Shown piece by piece: positions 38,501 through 49,364 of a stretch of 64,000 bases of DNA (position 1 is the first letter of the stretch; the number at the start of each line of letters is the position of its first letter). Under the pieces are notes generated by a model. It was not told where the DNA came from and made no database searches. It saw nothing but the letters and a program-made list of their open reading frames with translations. The stretch is from contig NW_027117342.1 of NCBI RefSeq assembly GCF_038025025.1, positions 1,240,001 through 1,304,000 on the forward strand. Reading direction: 5' to 3'. The stretch is from Phyllosticta citribraziliensis. Lineage: Eukaryota. The position numbers and the translations under genes were made by a program.

Positions 38501-39497
38501 TCACTGCTGCGCGGCGCCGCCGATGGCCGTCTGAACAGCCTTGACAGCCTCCGCGAGCTTCTGTCCCTCGATCAAGATCAAGTGGCCTTGAGGCTTGATG
38601 CCCAACTCCTGGAAAGCTCTTTTCGCATCGCTCGCACCCTCGTCGGCCTGTCTCGTGTACTCAAAGTTTGCGTGCGCCAGCGCATGCTTGTGCAAGAGCT
38701 CGTCCTCGGGATGGAAGAAGAAGGTCTCGCCCGCGCCGTCGCCCTTGTTCTTCTTCTTCGGCCTGCTGTCTTCCATGTCCAGCTTCGACTCAACCTCGGC
38801 GTACGTCTTGGAAAGGATGAGGTAGTGCGTGAAGTTGTAGGGCTCCTTTGCGTCGATCGCCCACTGCATCTCTTCCAAAAGCATGTTGTACATGGGAGGA
38901 ACAATCTCGGAAGGCATGTTGATGAAGCGCTCGGTCAGGATCAGTCCAACCTGTGCGGAGGAGTTTTCGGGAGACAGTAGGGACGGCAGTTGGGAGAACG
39001 AAGGCTCTAAGGCGGCCTTTTCGACAAAGTACTTGGCGAGGTCCTTGATCACTTGCTTGTCCTACATCGTGTTAGGAAAGATTCCGAAATTGGCCGCAGG
39101 AACCATACCTTGTGCTCTTGCATGTTGAGCACAGTCAGAAAGGCATACGGATCCGACTCAATACCGTCCACCTTGACGGTGGATCCCAGGAGCGGTTGGG
39201 CGACAATCATGTCGGCGAGCTCGGAGAGGTTGAACAGCTGGTTGTCGATGTCCAGCAGCTGGCGCAGGAGAGTCTTGAGCCCGTGGAAGTCGACCTCCGG
39301 GTTCGGGTCAAACCATTCAAAGTCGACATCGAGCATTTCCATTTCCTAGCTTGCGTCTCCCATCAGCAGGTCGTTTGCAAGGTTATTTTGTACGGCGCAG
39401 GTAGACTGACCTCGTCGCTGGAGGAGTCGTCATCCTGCTTGATGGCTGGCGCATCAGCGAGCTCCTCGGGATCCTTTCTCTTCTTGCTCTTGACCAT
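38501..39497 (-). CDS. BCP1: Bcp1/BCCIP (Mss4 nuclear export, uL14 chaperone), 3 exons
   Basis: [67 protein letters not shown]. Confidence 0.93.
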
Positions 39498-39767
39498 GGT
39501 TGTTGATTGTGGGGTGTGGTGATGGTGGATCGTTGGTGCAGCTCCGGCGGCGTTCCATAGCGCTCAAAATTGGGGCCCAAGTAGTGATGGCCGGTGTTTG
39601 GGAGCGTCATTGCGCAGCTTGCGGCCACAACATCGGCCGCTTATCTTATCGCCTTGACGCGAGGTCAGTTTCCGCGGCGAAAAAAAAGTTGGCGCGTCAC
39701 CCGCTCACTCTTCTCCTCTGCGTCTGCAAACCTTTCCAGTCCGCAGAACGCAACACCACTAGACACC

Positions 39768-41502
39768 ATGGGTAGCACCGGCGAACTTCCGATTGAGCCT
39801 CACAAGACGTTCGACACCATTCTGGTGTTGGACTTCGGTACACACCACCAGTCGAACGCTCCGAGAGCGCATTATGACTAACAGTAAACAAAGGCTCCCA
39901 GTACTCCCACCTGATAACCCGCCGCCTGCGCGAGCTCAATGTCTACTCGGAGATGCTGCCGTGCACCCAAAAGATTGCCGACCTGACCTGGAAGCCCAAG
40001 GGTGTCATTCTGTCCGGCTCGCCCTACTCGGTCTACAAGGAGGGTTCCCCTCACGCCGACCCCGCCGTTTTTGAACTGGGCGTTCCCATTCTCGGAATCT
40101 GTTACGGTCTGCAGGAGATTGCGTGGCAGCAGGGCAACAACGTGTGCGCTGGTGACAAGAAGGAATACGGCCACGCTTTCCTGAAGGTTGAGAAGCATCC
40201 CGGAAAGGCTCCGCACGTCGACAAGCTCTTCCAGGGTCTCGAGCAGGATCTCGAGGTGTGGATGTCGCACGGTGACAAGCTTTCTGCCCTCCCCAAGGAC
40301 TTTGCAATTCTTGCGACCACCTCCAACGCTCCGTTTGCTGGAATTGCTCACGAGCAAAAGGAGTGGTACGGCATCCAGTTCCACCCCGAGGTCACCCACT
40401 CGAAGAAGGGCAAGGAGGTCCTCCACAACTTCGCCGTCGGCATCTGCAAGGCGAACCAGAACTGGACCATGTCCAAGTTTGTGGACCAGGAGATTGACCG
40501 CATCAGGGCGCTCGTTGGCGACAAGGGACAGGTCATTGGTGCCGTCAGTGGTGGTGTGGACTCTACCGTTGCCGCCAAGCTGATGCAAAAGGCCATTGGC
40601 AGCCGCTTCCACGCTGTCTTGGTCGACAACGGCTTGCTCAGGCTCAACGAGGCCAAGACTGTGAAGGAGACGCTTGGTGAGCACCTGGGCATCAACCTGA
40701 AGGTGGTCGACGCCAGTGACCGCTTCCTCGGCAAGCTCAAGGGCATCCACGACGACCCAGAGAAGAAGCGCAAGGTTATCGGCAACACCTTCATCGAAGT
40801 GTTCCAGGAGGAGGCCAAGAAGATTGCGGCCGAGGCGCACAACACCTCGGACGAGGGCGAAATCGAATGGCTTCTCCAGGGCACGCTTTACCCCGATGTC
40901 ATTGAAAGCATTTCCTTCAAGGGCCCGAGTGCTACCATCAAGACGCACCACAACGTTGGTGGTCTGCTTGAGGGCATGCACCTGAAGCTCATTGAACCTC
41001 TTCGCGAGCTGTTCAAGGACGAAGTCCGCGCACTCGGCATGCAACTGGGCATCCCAGAGGAGCTGGTCTGGCGCCACCCCTTCCCCGGTCCTGGTATTGG
41101 CATCCGTGTTCTCGGCGAGGTCACTCCTGAGCAAGTTCGCATTGCTCGTCACGCCGACTACATTTTCATTGAGGAGATCAAGGCGGCAGGTCTTTACAGG
41201 AAGACGAGCCAGGCGTTTGCTGCACTTCTGCCCGTCAAGGCTGTCGGTGTCATGGGCGACCAGCGCGTGCACGCCCAGGTCATTGCTCTCCGGGCTGTTG
41301 AGACGACGGACTTTATGACTGCGGACTGGTATCCGTTTGACGGTGATTTCTTGAAGAGGGTGAGCAGGAGGATTGTAAACGAGGTTGACGGCGTGTGCCG
41401 CGTGGTTTACGACAGTAAGCTTTCTGCAGAAGAGCGCCGGGCTACATTTGCTGACGAGACACAGTTACGAGCAAGCCCCCGGGAACGATTGAGATGGAGT
41501 AG
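39768..41502 (+). CDS. GUA1: GMP synthase (glutamine-hydrolysing), 3 exons
   Basis: [71 protein letters not shown]. Confidence 0.97.
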
Positions 41503-41919
41503 AAATGGAGCACCACGAGGAGAATCGGTCGGACATGAATGGGCGTTTGGGGATTTGGGATGGCTTTTAGACACATGTAGAACATGCCGCGTGGTGGCAC
41601 CACAGCAATGCAAACGTCTCGATACCCAGCCCAGGGGCAGCATCAGCATCGTCATCAGCGCCGATGGGCACGGTAGCGGATCGGACGCAGGAGCGGGGAC
41701 GGGTTGACGCCATTGACCTGCATTCCCGGTCCTTGGCGGGGGCCCGATGGATGGTCGACCTGTGACGTCAGTGCCCGGACAGCATGTTAAATATGGCGTT
41801 TGGCTTGCACACGTCTCACAACTCAGCATCACACACATCTCTCTCCCAAACTCTCAACAACTCTACGCAATCCACGAACCCTTCCAATTCCAACAACCAA
41901 CACACCTCCAACAACCATC

Positions 41920-42396
41920 ATGTCTTCCAACGTCGGCTCCCACAACATCTACGAGGATGGCGACCAGCGCAACTACAAGCAGAGCGAGATCAACGAGATG
42001 AACGAAGCCCAGAGGTTCAAGGAGGGTCAGGCCAACAGCCACCTGTCTCTCGACTCCAGTAAGTCACCATGAAGCTTCCCGCGGTTGGACACCATCCTAA
42101 CAGTTATCTTGCAGAGGACGAGCGCTCAATTGCCAACAAGCTCGCCCGCGAGGAGCACCGTCAGAAGGAGTCGGAGCCTAAGGACTTCGAGAAGGTTCAG
42201 CTTGAGCACGACGCCAGACTACCGGTACGTAGAGACTGCGCCTCACCACCAGATCACAAAGCTTATACTAACTTTTGCGTAGGCTGCGTCCCACGGCAAC
42301 AAACCGAGCAAGGGTGCAAAGATCGACCAGGAGCTCCGTGAGGAGGACGAGGCTGCCGCTTCGCACAAGGGCTCCTGGGGCTCGAAGAAGCAATAA
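41920..42396 (+). CDS. Small hydrophilic conserved fungal protein, 3 exons
   Basis: MSSNVGSHNIYEDGDQRN..NSHLSLDS|KDERSIANKL..ARLP|AASHGNKPSKGAKIDQELREEDE; exons in phase; TTAAATA upstream. Confidence 0.8.
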
Positions 42397-42705
42397 GCCA
42401 GATATCCTCTACATGATGTAACAAAAAGGCGTCTGGGATGGTTAGAGGCATTGGGAGTTGCAAAATGCTGGATACCTGAGATCTAATGACATGATGATAT
42501 TTCCACGTCAAAATCGACGTCCCGATACGCTGTGCATGTAATGTGCTGGAAAATGATGACACAACCTGGTTGAGAATTGGAGACAGGAGTTTATGCCCCA
42601 CCAACGTGCCCCGCCCTTGGATGGGAGGAACATCGAGCCATGACATAATGTTGATGATCGATGTGCTAGTCCGGATTTGGACATTGAATTGATGTCTTGG
42701 CATCC

Positions 42706-42738
42706 ACGCGCCCAACGCGTCGGATACGCGTGTCGCGT
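42706..42738. promoter_or_regulatory. Cluster of MCB (MluI cell-cycle box, ACGCGT) elements upstream of MCM6
   Basis: ACGCGT at 42715-42720 and 42726-42731 plus CGCG cores, about 120 bp before the ATG. Confidence 0.7.
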
Positions 42739-42846
42739 CCCTCAGCCGAATTTTAGCGCCAAACTCACCTCTGTCAACTTGCCCTGCGCTTTCTCTAAAC
42801 ACCTCCACCACCATCACCCATTCGACCCTACCGAACGTCGCCCATC

Positions 42847-45800
42847 ATGTCTTCCTTGGTCGACGCTGTAATCAACTCCGAAATTGATCTCAATGCGCCA
42901 ACCCCCACTCCAAGCGAGGGAGCTCCCGGCGCACGGCAACCCAATGGCCGTTCCTCTTCGCGTCCCAGAGGGCCTCCTTCGGACAGCGCAGGACCCAATA
43001 GCGAAGCCAACATTCGCGATGACGATATTGCAGCCTCTCGGACTACTGTGAGAAGAGCAGCTGGCCCACGACAGGACATTCCTAAGGTGGTGGACGTAAC
43101 GGGTGAGACTTTGAGCCAGAGATTCGAGGAGTTTTTGGAATCGTGAGTTTTGCCCTGGACAAGAGAAGCACAACCTGCTGACCCCAATCAGGTACAGGGT
43201 AGAACCACAGCCAGTCTCTTCGGGAGTCCCGGCATCCAGCGTACAGACCACCGACAGGTATTACGTTTCCCAAGTCCACGGGCTCCGATCCTACAACCTA
43301 TCGACTCTCTATGTCGACTTCAACCACCTCATGCAACATGAAGAAGGCGTCCTTGGAGCGGCAATTGCGGACGAGTACTATCGTTTCTTGCCGTACATGA
43401 CGCGGGCCATGCACAATCTCATCGCAAAGCATGAGCCGCAGTACTTCAGGGACCATCGGCAACCAAACTATTCGGCCTCTAGCGTCGCCGCAACGAATCC
43501 AAACTCTACTGGCGAGACAATCGACTCGTTGGGCGACACGTTCGAATCAAAGACCCCCCACCAGCAGACGGACAAACTGTTTACCCTGGCTTTTTACAAC
43601 CTCCCGCTTGTATCAAGAATTAGGCAGTTGCGGACGTCTTCGATTGGAAGGCTTCTGTCGATATCTGGAACAGTAACAAGGACTTCAGAAGTCCGACCAG
43701 AGCTCTCCCTTGCAACATTCGTTTGCGAAATCTGCAACACGATTATTCCCAACATCGAGCAAACGTTCCGATATACGGAACCGACACAGTGCCCAAATTT
43801 GACGTGTGGCAACCGGACAGCTTGGCGTCTGGACATTCGGCAAAGCACTTTTGTCGACTGGCAAAAGGTGCGCATCCAGGAAAACAGCTCGGAAATTCCC
43901 ACAGGAAGCATGCCACGAACTCTCGATGTTATCTTGCGCGGCGAGATTGTGGATCGTGCCAAAGCTGGTGAAAAGTGCATCTTTACCGGCACGCCTATCG
44001 TCATCCCAGATGTCAGCCAGTTCAGAGTCCCCGGAATCCGACCTCAAGCGACGAAAGACTTGAATGGTCAACGTGGCACAGATGTCGGCGGGAATGGAGT
44101 TTCTGGTCTCAAGGCTCTCGGAGTGAGGGATCTGACCTACAGATTGGCCTTCATGGCCTGCATGGTGACACCGGATACTTCGACCCCCGGTCAAGCTTCC
44201 ACACAAGAGTTACATGGCCAAGCAGGCAATATTCTTCAGTCGCTCAACCAAATTGGGCCTACCGACAATTATTTGCGTCTTTCCTCCGAACAGGCGCAGT
44301 CCGAGCTTTTGGCTACCATGACACCAGCCGAAATCGAAGACCTCAAGAGCATGGTGCACGGCGACAACATGTTCATGCGGCTTGTCGACTCTATTGCACC
44401 CATGGTGTACGGCCATTCCGTCATCAAGAAGGGCCTGTTACTGCAACTGATGGGCGGTGTCAGCAAAGTTACGCCGGAAGGCATGGCTCTCCGTGGTGAC
44501 ATCAACATCTGCATCGTTGGCGATCCCAGTACCTCCAAGTCGCAGTTTCTCAAGTACATCTGCAGTTTTCTGCCGCGGTCTGTCTACACCTCTGGTAAAG
44601 CATCTTCAGCTGCTGGTCTGACGGCCGCCGTGGTCAAGGACGAGGAAACTGGAGACTTTACCATTGAGGCTGGTGCTCTGATGCTGGCGGACAACGGCAT
44701 CTGTGCGATTGATGAATTTGACAAGATGGACATCGTCGACCAGGTTGCCATTCACGAAGCCATGGAGCAGCAGACAATCTCGATTGCCAAAGCAGGTATT
44801 CAGGCTACGTTGAACGCACGTACGTCAATTCTTGCAGCGGCAAATCCAGTCGGCGGTCGTTACAACCGCAAGACCACCCTCCGTGCCAACGTCAACATGA
44901 GCGCCCCCATCATGTCCCGTTTTGACTTGTTCTTCGTCGTTCTTGACGAGTGTGAGGAGAGCGTCGACCGCCACCTTGCCGAACACATTGTCAACATCCA
45001 CCGACTGCGCGACGACGCCGTCGAACCGGAATTCAGCACCGCCCAGCTGCAGCGCTACATCCGCTTCGCTCAGACCTTCAAGCCGGAATTCACCCCTGAG
45101 GCCAAGGATTGTCTCGTGGAAAAGTACAAGGAGCTCCGCGCCGACGACGCCCAGGGAGGCATCGGCCGCAACAGCTACCGCATCACCGTCCGTCAACTCG
45201 AAAGCATGATTCGTCTGTCCGAAGCCATTGCAAAGGCCAACTGCGTCGAAGAAGTTACGCCCGAGTTTGTGCGCGAAGCGTACAACCTGCTGCGGCAGAG
45301 CATCATATCTGTCGAAAAGGACGACATCGAGGTCGAAGACGACGAGCCGGCGGCGCAAGACGCGCAGCCGGGCGCCAACGCTGCCGACGAAGAAATGGCT
45401 GATGCGGGCGGCGAGAACGATGCCCCCGCTGCTCCTGCCGTACCTGATGAAGCCGTGCCGCCAGCTCAGCGAAAGATCACCATCACTTACGACAAGTACA
45501 TGTCGATCCTCAACCTCATGGTGCAGCGCATCAACCAGGACGCGGCGACAGCCGAGGACGGCGTCGAGGAGAATGAGCTCCTTATCTGGTACCTCGAGCA
45601 AAAGGAGGCTGAGATTGAGACGCCGCAGGATATGGAAATTGAGAAGGTGTTGGCCAGGAAGGTCTTGAAACGCATGGTTCGGGTGAGTAACGGCAACACG
45701 GAGTCCCCTTATTATTTTCGAGGCAGAGCTAACTTTGTCTGCGCAGGAAAACATCCTCATGATGTTCGCCGGCGAGGGTCTTGCCGACGAGAACGGCCAA

Positions 45801-45863
45801 GGCTTGGTCAGCGATACCGTCATGTACGTCATGCATCCCAACTGCGCGATGGAGGAGATGTAA
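42847..45863 (+). CDS. MCM6: DNA replication licensing factor Mcm6, 3 exons
   Basis: GTVTRTSEVRPEL, CEIC..CPNLTC zinc finger, GDPSTSKSQ Walker A, IDEFDKM, SRFD arginine finger; ends YVMHPNCAMEEM*. Confidence 0.97.
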
Positions 45864-46562
45864 AGCACCCGTCTGTAAAAGAAGCGATGAGAAATAAAAT
45901 GGGCAACAATGATGGGCTTTTTGGGTCTGGGCGACGACCCCGGCTCTTGGGGTTAATGGCGTTTGGAGCGCTCAGGGGTTGGGTGATACCAAGATATATT
46001 TATGACGGCACTGTTTCGCCAATCAATGAATGCCACTGCTGTGTTTCGACGGATTATTGCACTGATGAGATTGAATCAAGTGGAAGATTCCAATTCACCC
46101 GTGGACTGCTTGTAATGCTGAGTTGACGACACTTCATGAGCCCTCGCTCGAGTCCCAACCAGACAGACATCGAATGAGGGCTCCCTCCGCTGGCTGAAAG
46201 ATGGTAATATCAAATGAGTTAGAATCGGTATACATCATGTCAAAATCAACGTGAGCCATTATTGTTGCTATTCTTCGTTGCAAACAATAGTAGGTAGACG
46301 CAGCCTTCGTGAGGAGGCGATGTCCGCAACCCCCCTGGACCTGTCGAAGCCTCCATATCTTGTTGAGACCTGCAAGAAGAAGTTCCCGAGCAAATTACGG
46401 CTGGAGAATTTGGCGTGACGCAGGCATTGGCCAGCAGTGGCAAGCTACTGATATCGCCGTTCAGGAAGCAAAGGAGGGGACTCTGCTTTGACGGCCTATA
46501 GAGTAGTTGGCTGGTGTATATTTCCCCGCATCGCCAAGATCTATTCAATAACGAGCAAATAG

Positions 46563-46746
46563 TCCATCGTGGTGCAGTGGTAGCACGCCAGACCATACAC
46601 GTTGGTGCGCCGCATTGCTTACGAGCGTGCCGCGCTGGTCCCAGAGCCGTCGATGTCTCGTACATTGACCGAGCTCAGGGATAGGTGCGAGTAGTGCAGA
46701 ACGGCATGTCAGTCTGGAGGCCCGAGTTCGACTCTCGGCGATGGAA
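46563..46746 (+). ncRNA. tRNA-like Pol III-type RNA, copy 1, with a 118-nt insert (46594-46711) in place of the anticodon loop
   Basis: Acceptor TCCATCG/CGATGGA, D arm GTGC-AGTGGTA-GCAC (A box), stem CCAGAC/GTCTGG, T arm CCGAG-TTCGACT-CTCGG (B box), T4 at 46763-46766. Confidence 0.8.
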
Positions 46747-46870
46747 CAATTGAGTGTATCTCTTTTGCACTCTCAAGATATAAGAGAAGGAGAGACCTCA
46801 CTTTTGGTGGCCAGCAGAAAGGTGAAGTGGCGTCTATGGGCCACGATCACCAAGCATTCAAGTCAGTAAA

Positions 46871-47045
46871 TCCATCGTGGTGCAGTGGTAGCACGCCAGA
46901 CAAAAGACCGCTTGCGCCGCATGTCTCACGAGGCATGCCGCACGACTGTTGTTTCTCCCGGTCTTTGACCTGTTGAGCTTACGCGGTGCGCGTAGCGCGC
47001 GAGGCACGGCAGTCTGGTACCCGAGTTCGACTCTCGGCGATGGAG
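46871..47045 (+). ncRNA. tRNA-like Pol III-type RNA, copy 2, with a 110-nt insert (46902-47011)
   Basis: First 31 nt identical to copy 1; identical T arm and acceptor 3' strand; 3-nt variable region; T-tracts at 47052-47062. Confidence 0.8.
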
Positions 47046-47051
47046 AGTGTC

Positions 47052-47062
47052 TTTTGTTTTTT
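47052..47062 (+). terminator. Putative RNA Pol III terminator (TTTTGTTTTTT) of tRNA-like copy 2
   Basis: Oligo-T runs 7 nt after the discriminator position. Confidence 0.7.
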
Positions 47063-47437
47063 GTCGGATGGTGGTTGATGTCGTGGGTAGCTCTTGGTTT
47101 TTGCGGAAACCCGCTTCGAGGGGTGGATAGGGGGCTAGCCTCAGACTTTACTGATGCTCATTGAGCGATGGGGGAGGCGGTCCACCATCGGGGAGCACAT
47201 ATCGTCATGATAGGGAAAGTTGAGGGCGTATTTGCTTGATCGAGGCGAAAAGGAAAAGGTAACACGCCTTAAGAGTGATCCGGGGCCGTAGAGCTAGATG
47301 TGAATGGTTTGAATTCGAGAAAAGAAGTCAGGAAACTGTAAACAAGCCGTACCATACCGCTCACAATAACGCCACCAGCGCCCCCTCAAAACCAGGCACA
47401 CCAGTCATCCAAGACTACAGCGAGCATCACTTTGATT

Positions 47438-49087
47438 TCATCCCCTGATCTCATCTTTGAGCGCATTTCCCTCTTCACCCAGATGTCCCAACAAGAAGCT
47501 GCGCTTGAAGTATTCGTTCGGATGGAGAATCGTGTCGAGTTGAGCGCCACTCCACGTGCCATCATCCTTGACCTTCTTAATCTCATTGCGATGCTTGTAC
47601 TCAAACACGCGGTTGCACGCAATATGGTACCGCTGTCGCTTGACATCGTCGCGCACCTCGTTGAGCGTCTGCCTGTCATTGATGCCCGTGTGTTGGAGGA
47701 GGCCGATCAAGTTGTCTGGCGCAAATGTGCGGTAAGGGCAGCCATGAGTCTGCCCGGGCCCGGGCAACGCTTCCGTCATCAGCTTCTGGCACGAGTACGG
47801 CGTGTAACCGCCACCCCGCCGGTTCGCATCTCCACCTACGTCGCCGTAGGCGTGGCGCACATTGTAGCGGTACTCTTTGTTGAACTTCTCGTCGGTGATG
47901 AGCTTGAAGCTGCGTCGCCAGAAGATGAGACACTCTTCCAAGCTGAGACCTATTCCCTTAAGGAAGAGTGTGTACTGGAGTCGTCCAAAGTGTTTGAGGT
48001 GCGAGTTTTGCCGCAGCGTGCGGTGGAGGTGCTGCATGCAAAGAGGAAAGTGTTGACTCAGGGCGTCGACGGAGGCAGCAGTGGGAGTGGTGAGGCCATC
48101 AAGGGCAGTGTCGGAGGAGTATGCGGTCTCGGGGGCTGTAAAGCTTGTGCTCAAGTGCGAGAGAATCGGTGAAAGGCGGTCGTCTTCGTCGAGGCGAGGG
48201 AGGGCGCGGGCAGTAAGCTGGCACTGTTAGTTTGCTGTTGGCATTTAAGTTGGACATACGCACCTCCATTGCCGTCTCCAATCTTCTGCTGAATTCAGCC
48301 AGCACAAGACTGCTTTGCTCCCGCACGGGTACGTAAGCCTTGCCCCTCTTCAAGAGCACCTTTCTTTGTTCGACCAGTTCCGGGACCTTTTCCCAGTCCA
48401 CCTTGAACCAGCCGTCTTCCTCTCCTTTGCTTTTGCCCCATGGTGTTGCAGCTCTGAGCTCCTCGCCAAACGACTTCCTCTCCTCTTCGGTCACCTTTTC
48501 CCACTCACTGCCCATGTCCAAAGAGTCCACAAAGTCTCTACGCTCACGGGTGTCGTCCTCATTCCATCTTAGACGAAACAGTGCGGTTTCCAGGCGGACA
48601 AACCGGCGGCGGAGGTCTTCGGTCGCAGAAAATGCCAGGCGCAGGATGAAATGTGAATAATGGTCCTTCTTCCTTTGCGCGTCTAGCTGAGTCGAGCGGC
48701 TGCTGTTTGACTGTAGTGGGAGATGTTTTTCAAGGATGGGCTTCATGTAGGATGTTGTCTCTTCGGGACCACGGTTACGAAACGAACAGGCTTCGAGTTC
48801 CGACAAGACTGCACACTTGTTAGTGGCCTTCTTAGGACGGAGCGCTTCGTAATAATCTGTCCTTCCAGGACAGAGCCGCCAGACTCAATTCACTGACCCT
48901 TGAGACGCGCGATTGCCCATTCTTCAAACTCTTCGAGTGTGATCTCGGCCGTGGGTGGTATAGTGTAAAAGTTGAGGCGGTGCTTGTATTCTTGGTCCCT
49001 CCATTTGGGAGCCGCAAACTGGCGTTTCTTGTAGTCGAGGTCGGTCCGGCGCTTGGCGTCGATGCGAGCGATAGATGAACGCTGCAT
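47438..49087 (-). CDS. PRI2: DNA primase large subunit, 3 exons
   Basis: RLNFYTIPPTAEITLEEFEEWAIARLK, KDHYSHFILRLAF, HFPLCM..HLKHFGRLQY, YNVRHAYG, HGCPYR, HPNEYF. Confidence 0.96.
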
Positions 49088-49176
49088 TGTCTCAAGAGCT
49101 AGGTCAATTACTCGAAGGTCTCGACTTCGTTGGCGCGGGAATAGGGTTGGGTGTGTAGGTAGGAGCAGAAGTGGTT

Positions 49177-49225
49177 GACGCGAGACGCGTCGCTCGGTGC
49201 ATGCACCGCGTCTTTGCCGACGCGC
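49177..49225. promoter_or_regulatory. MCB-like elements upstream of PRI2
   Basis: ACGCGT at 49185-49190 and three further CGCG cores within about 140 bp of the ATG. Confidence 0.65.
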
Positions 49226-49364
49226 TAAATGAATCCCTGTCCGAGGCAGCCAGCCAATTCGGTCGAACCTATTGATGCATCTCCTTCCACCATACTCTAG
49301 CCCGCTACTCTTTATGCGTGGTCTAAATACACAAATCTATCCTCCTCTATGATGCGCTGTACGT

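Noticed and set aside
39878..41272. 464-aa minus-strand ORF (similar shadows at 4203-5261, 44825-45868, 47432-48172 and 62336-63055)
   Set aside because: Antisense to GUA1, the NmrA-like gene, MCM6, PRI2 and UBA1; expected from C-ending codon bias.
46634..46650. GGTCCCAGAGCC resembling a twister ribozyme core; also looked for hammerhead and C/D or H/ACA boxes in the inserts
   Set aside because: Not conserved in copy 2; no CUGAUGA/GAAA core or RUGAUGA/CUGA boxes found.
46563..47045. Calling the two elements ordinary tRNA-Asp/Tyr/Phe genes with introns
   Set aside because: No U33, different apparent anticodons on near-identical bodies, and a 3-nt variable loop in copy 2; reported as tRNA-like ncRNA instead.
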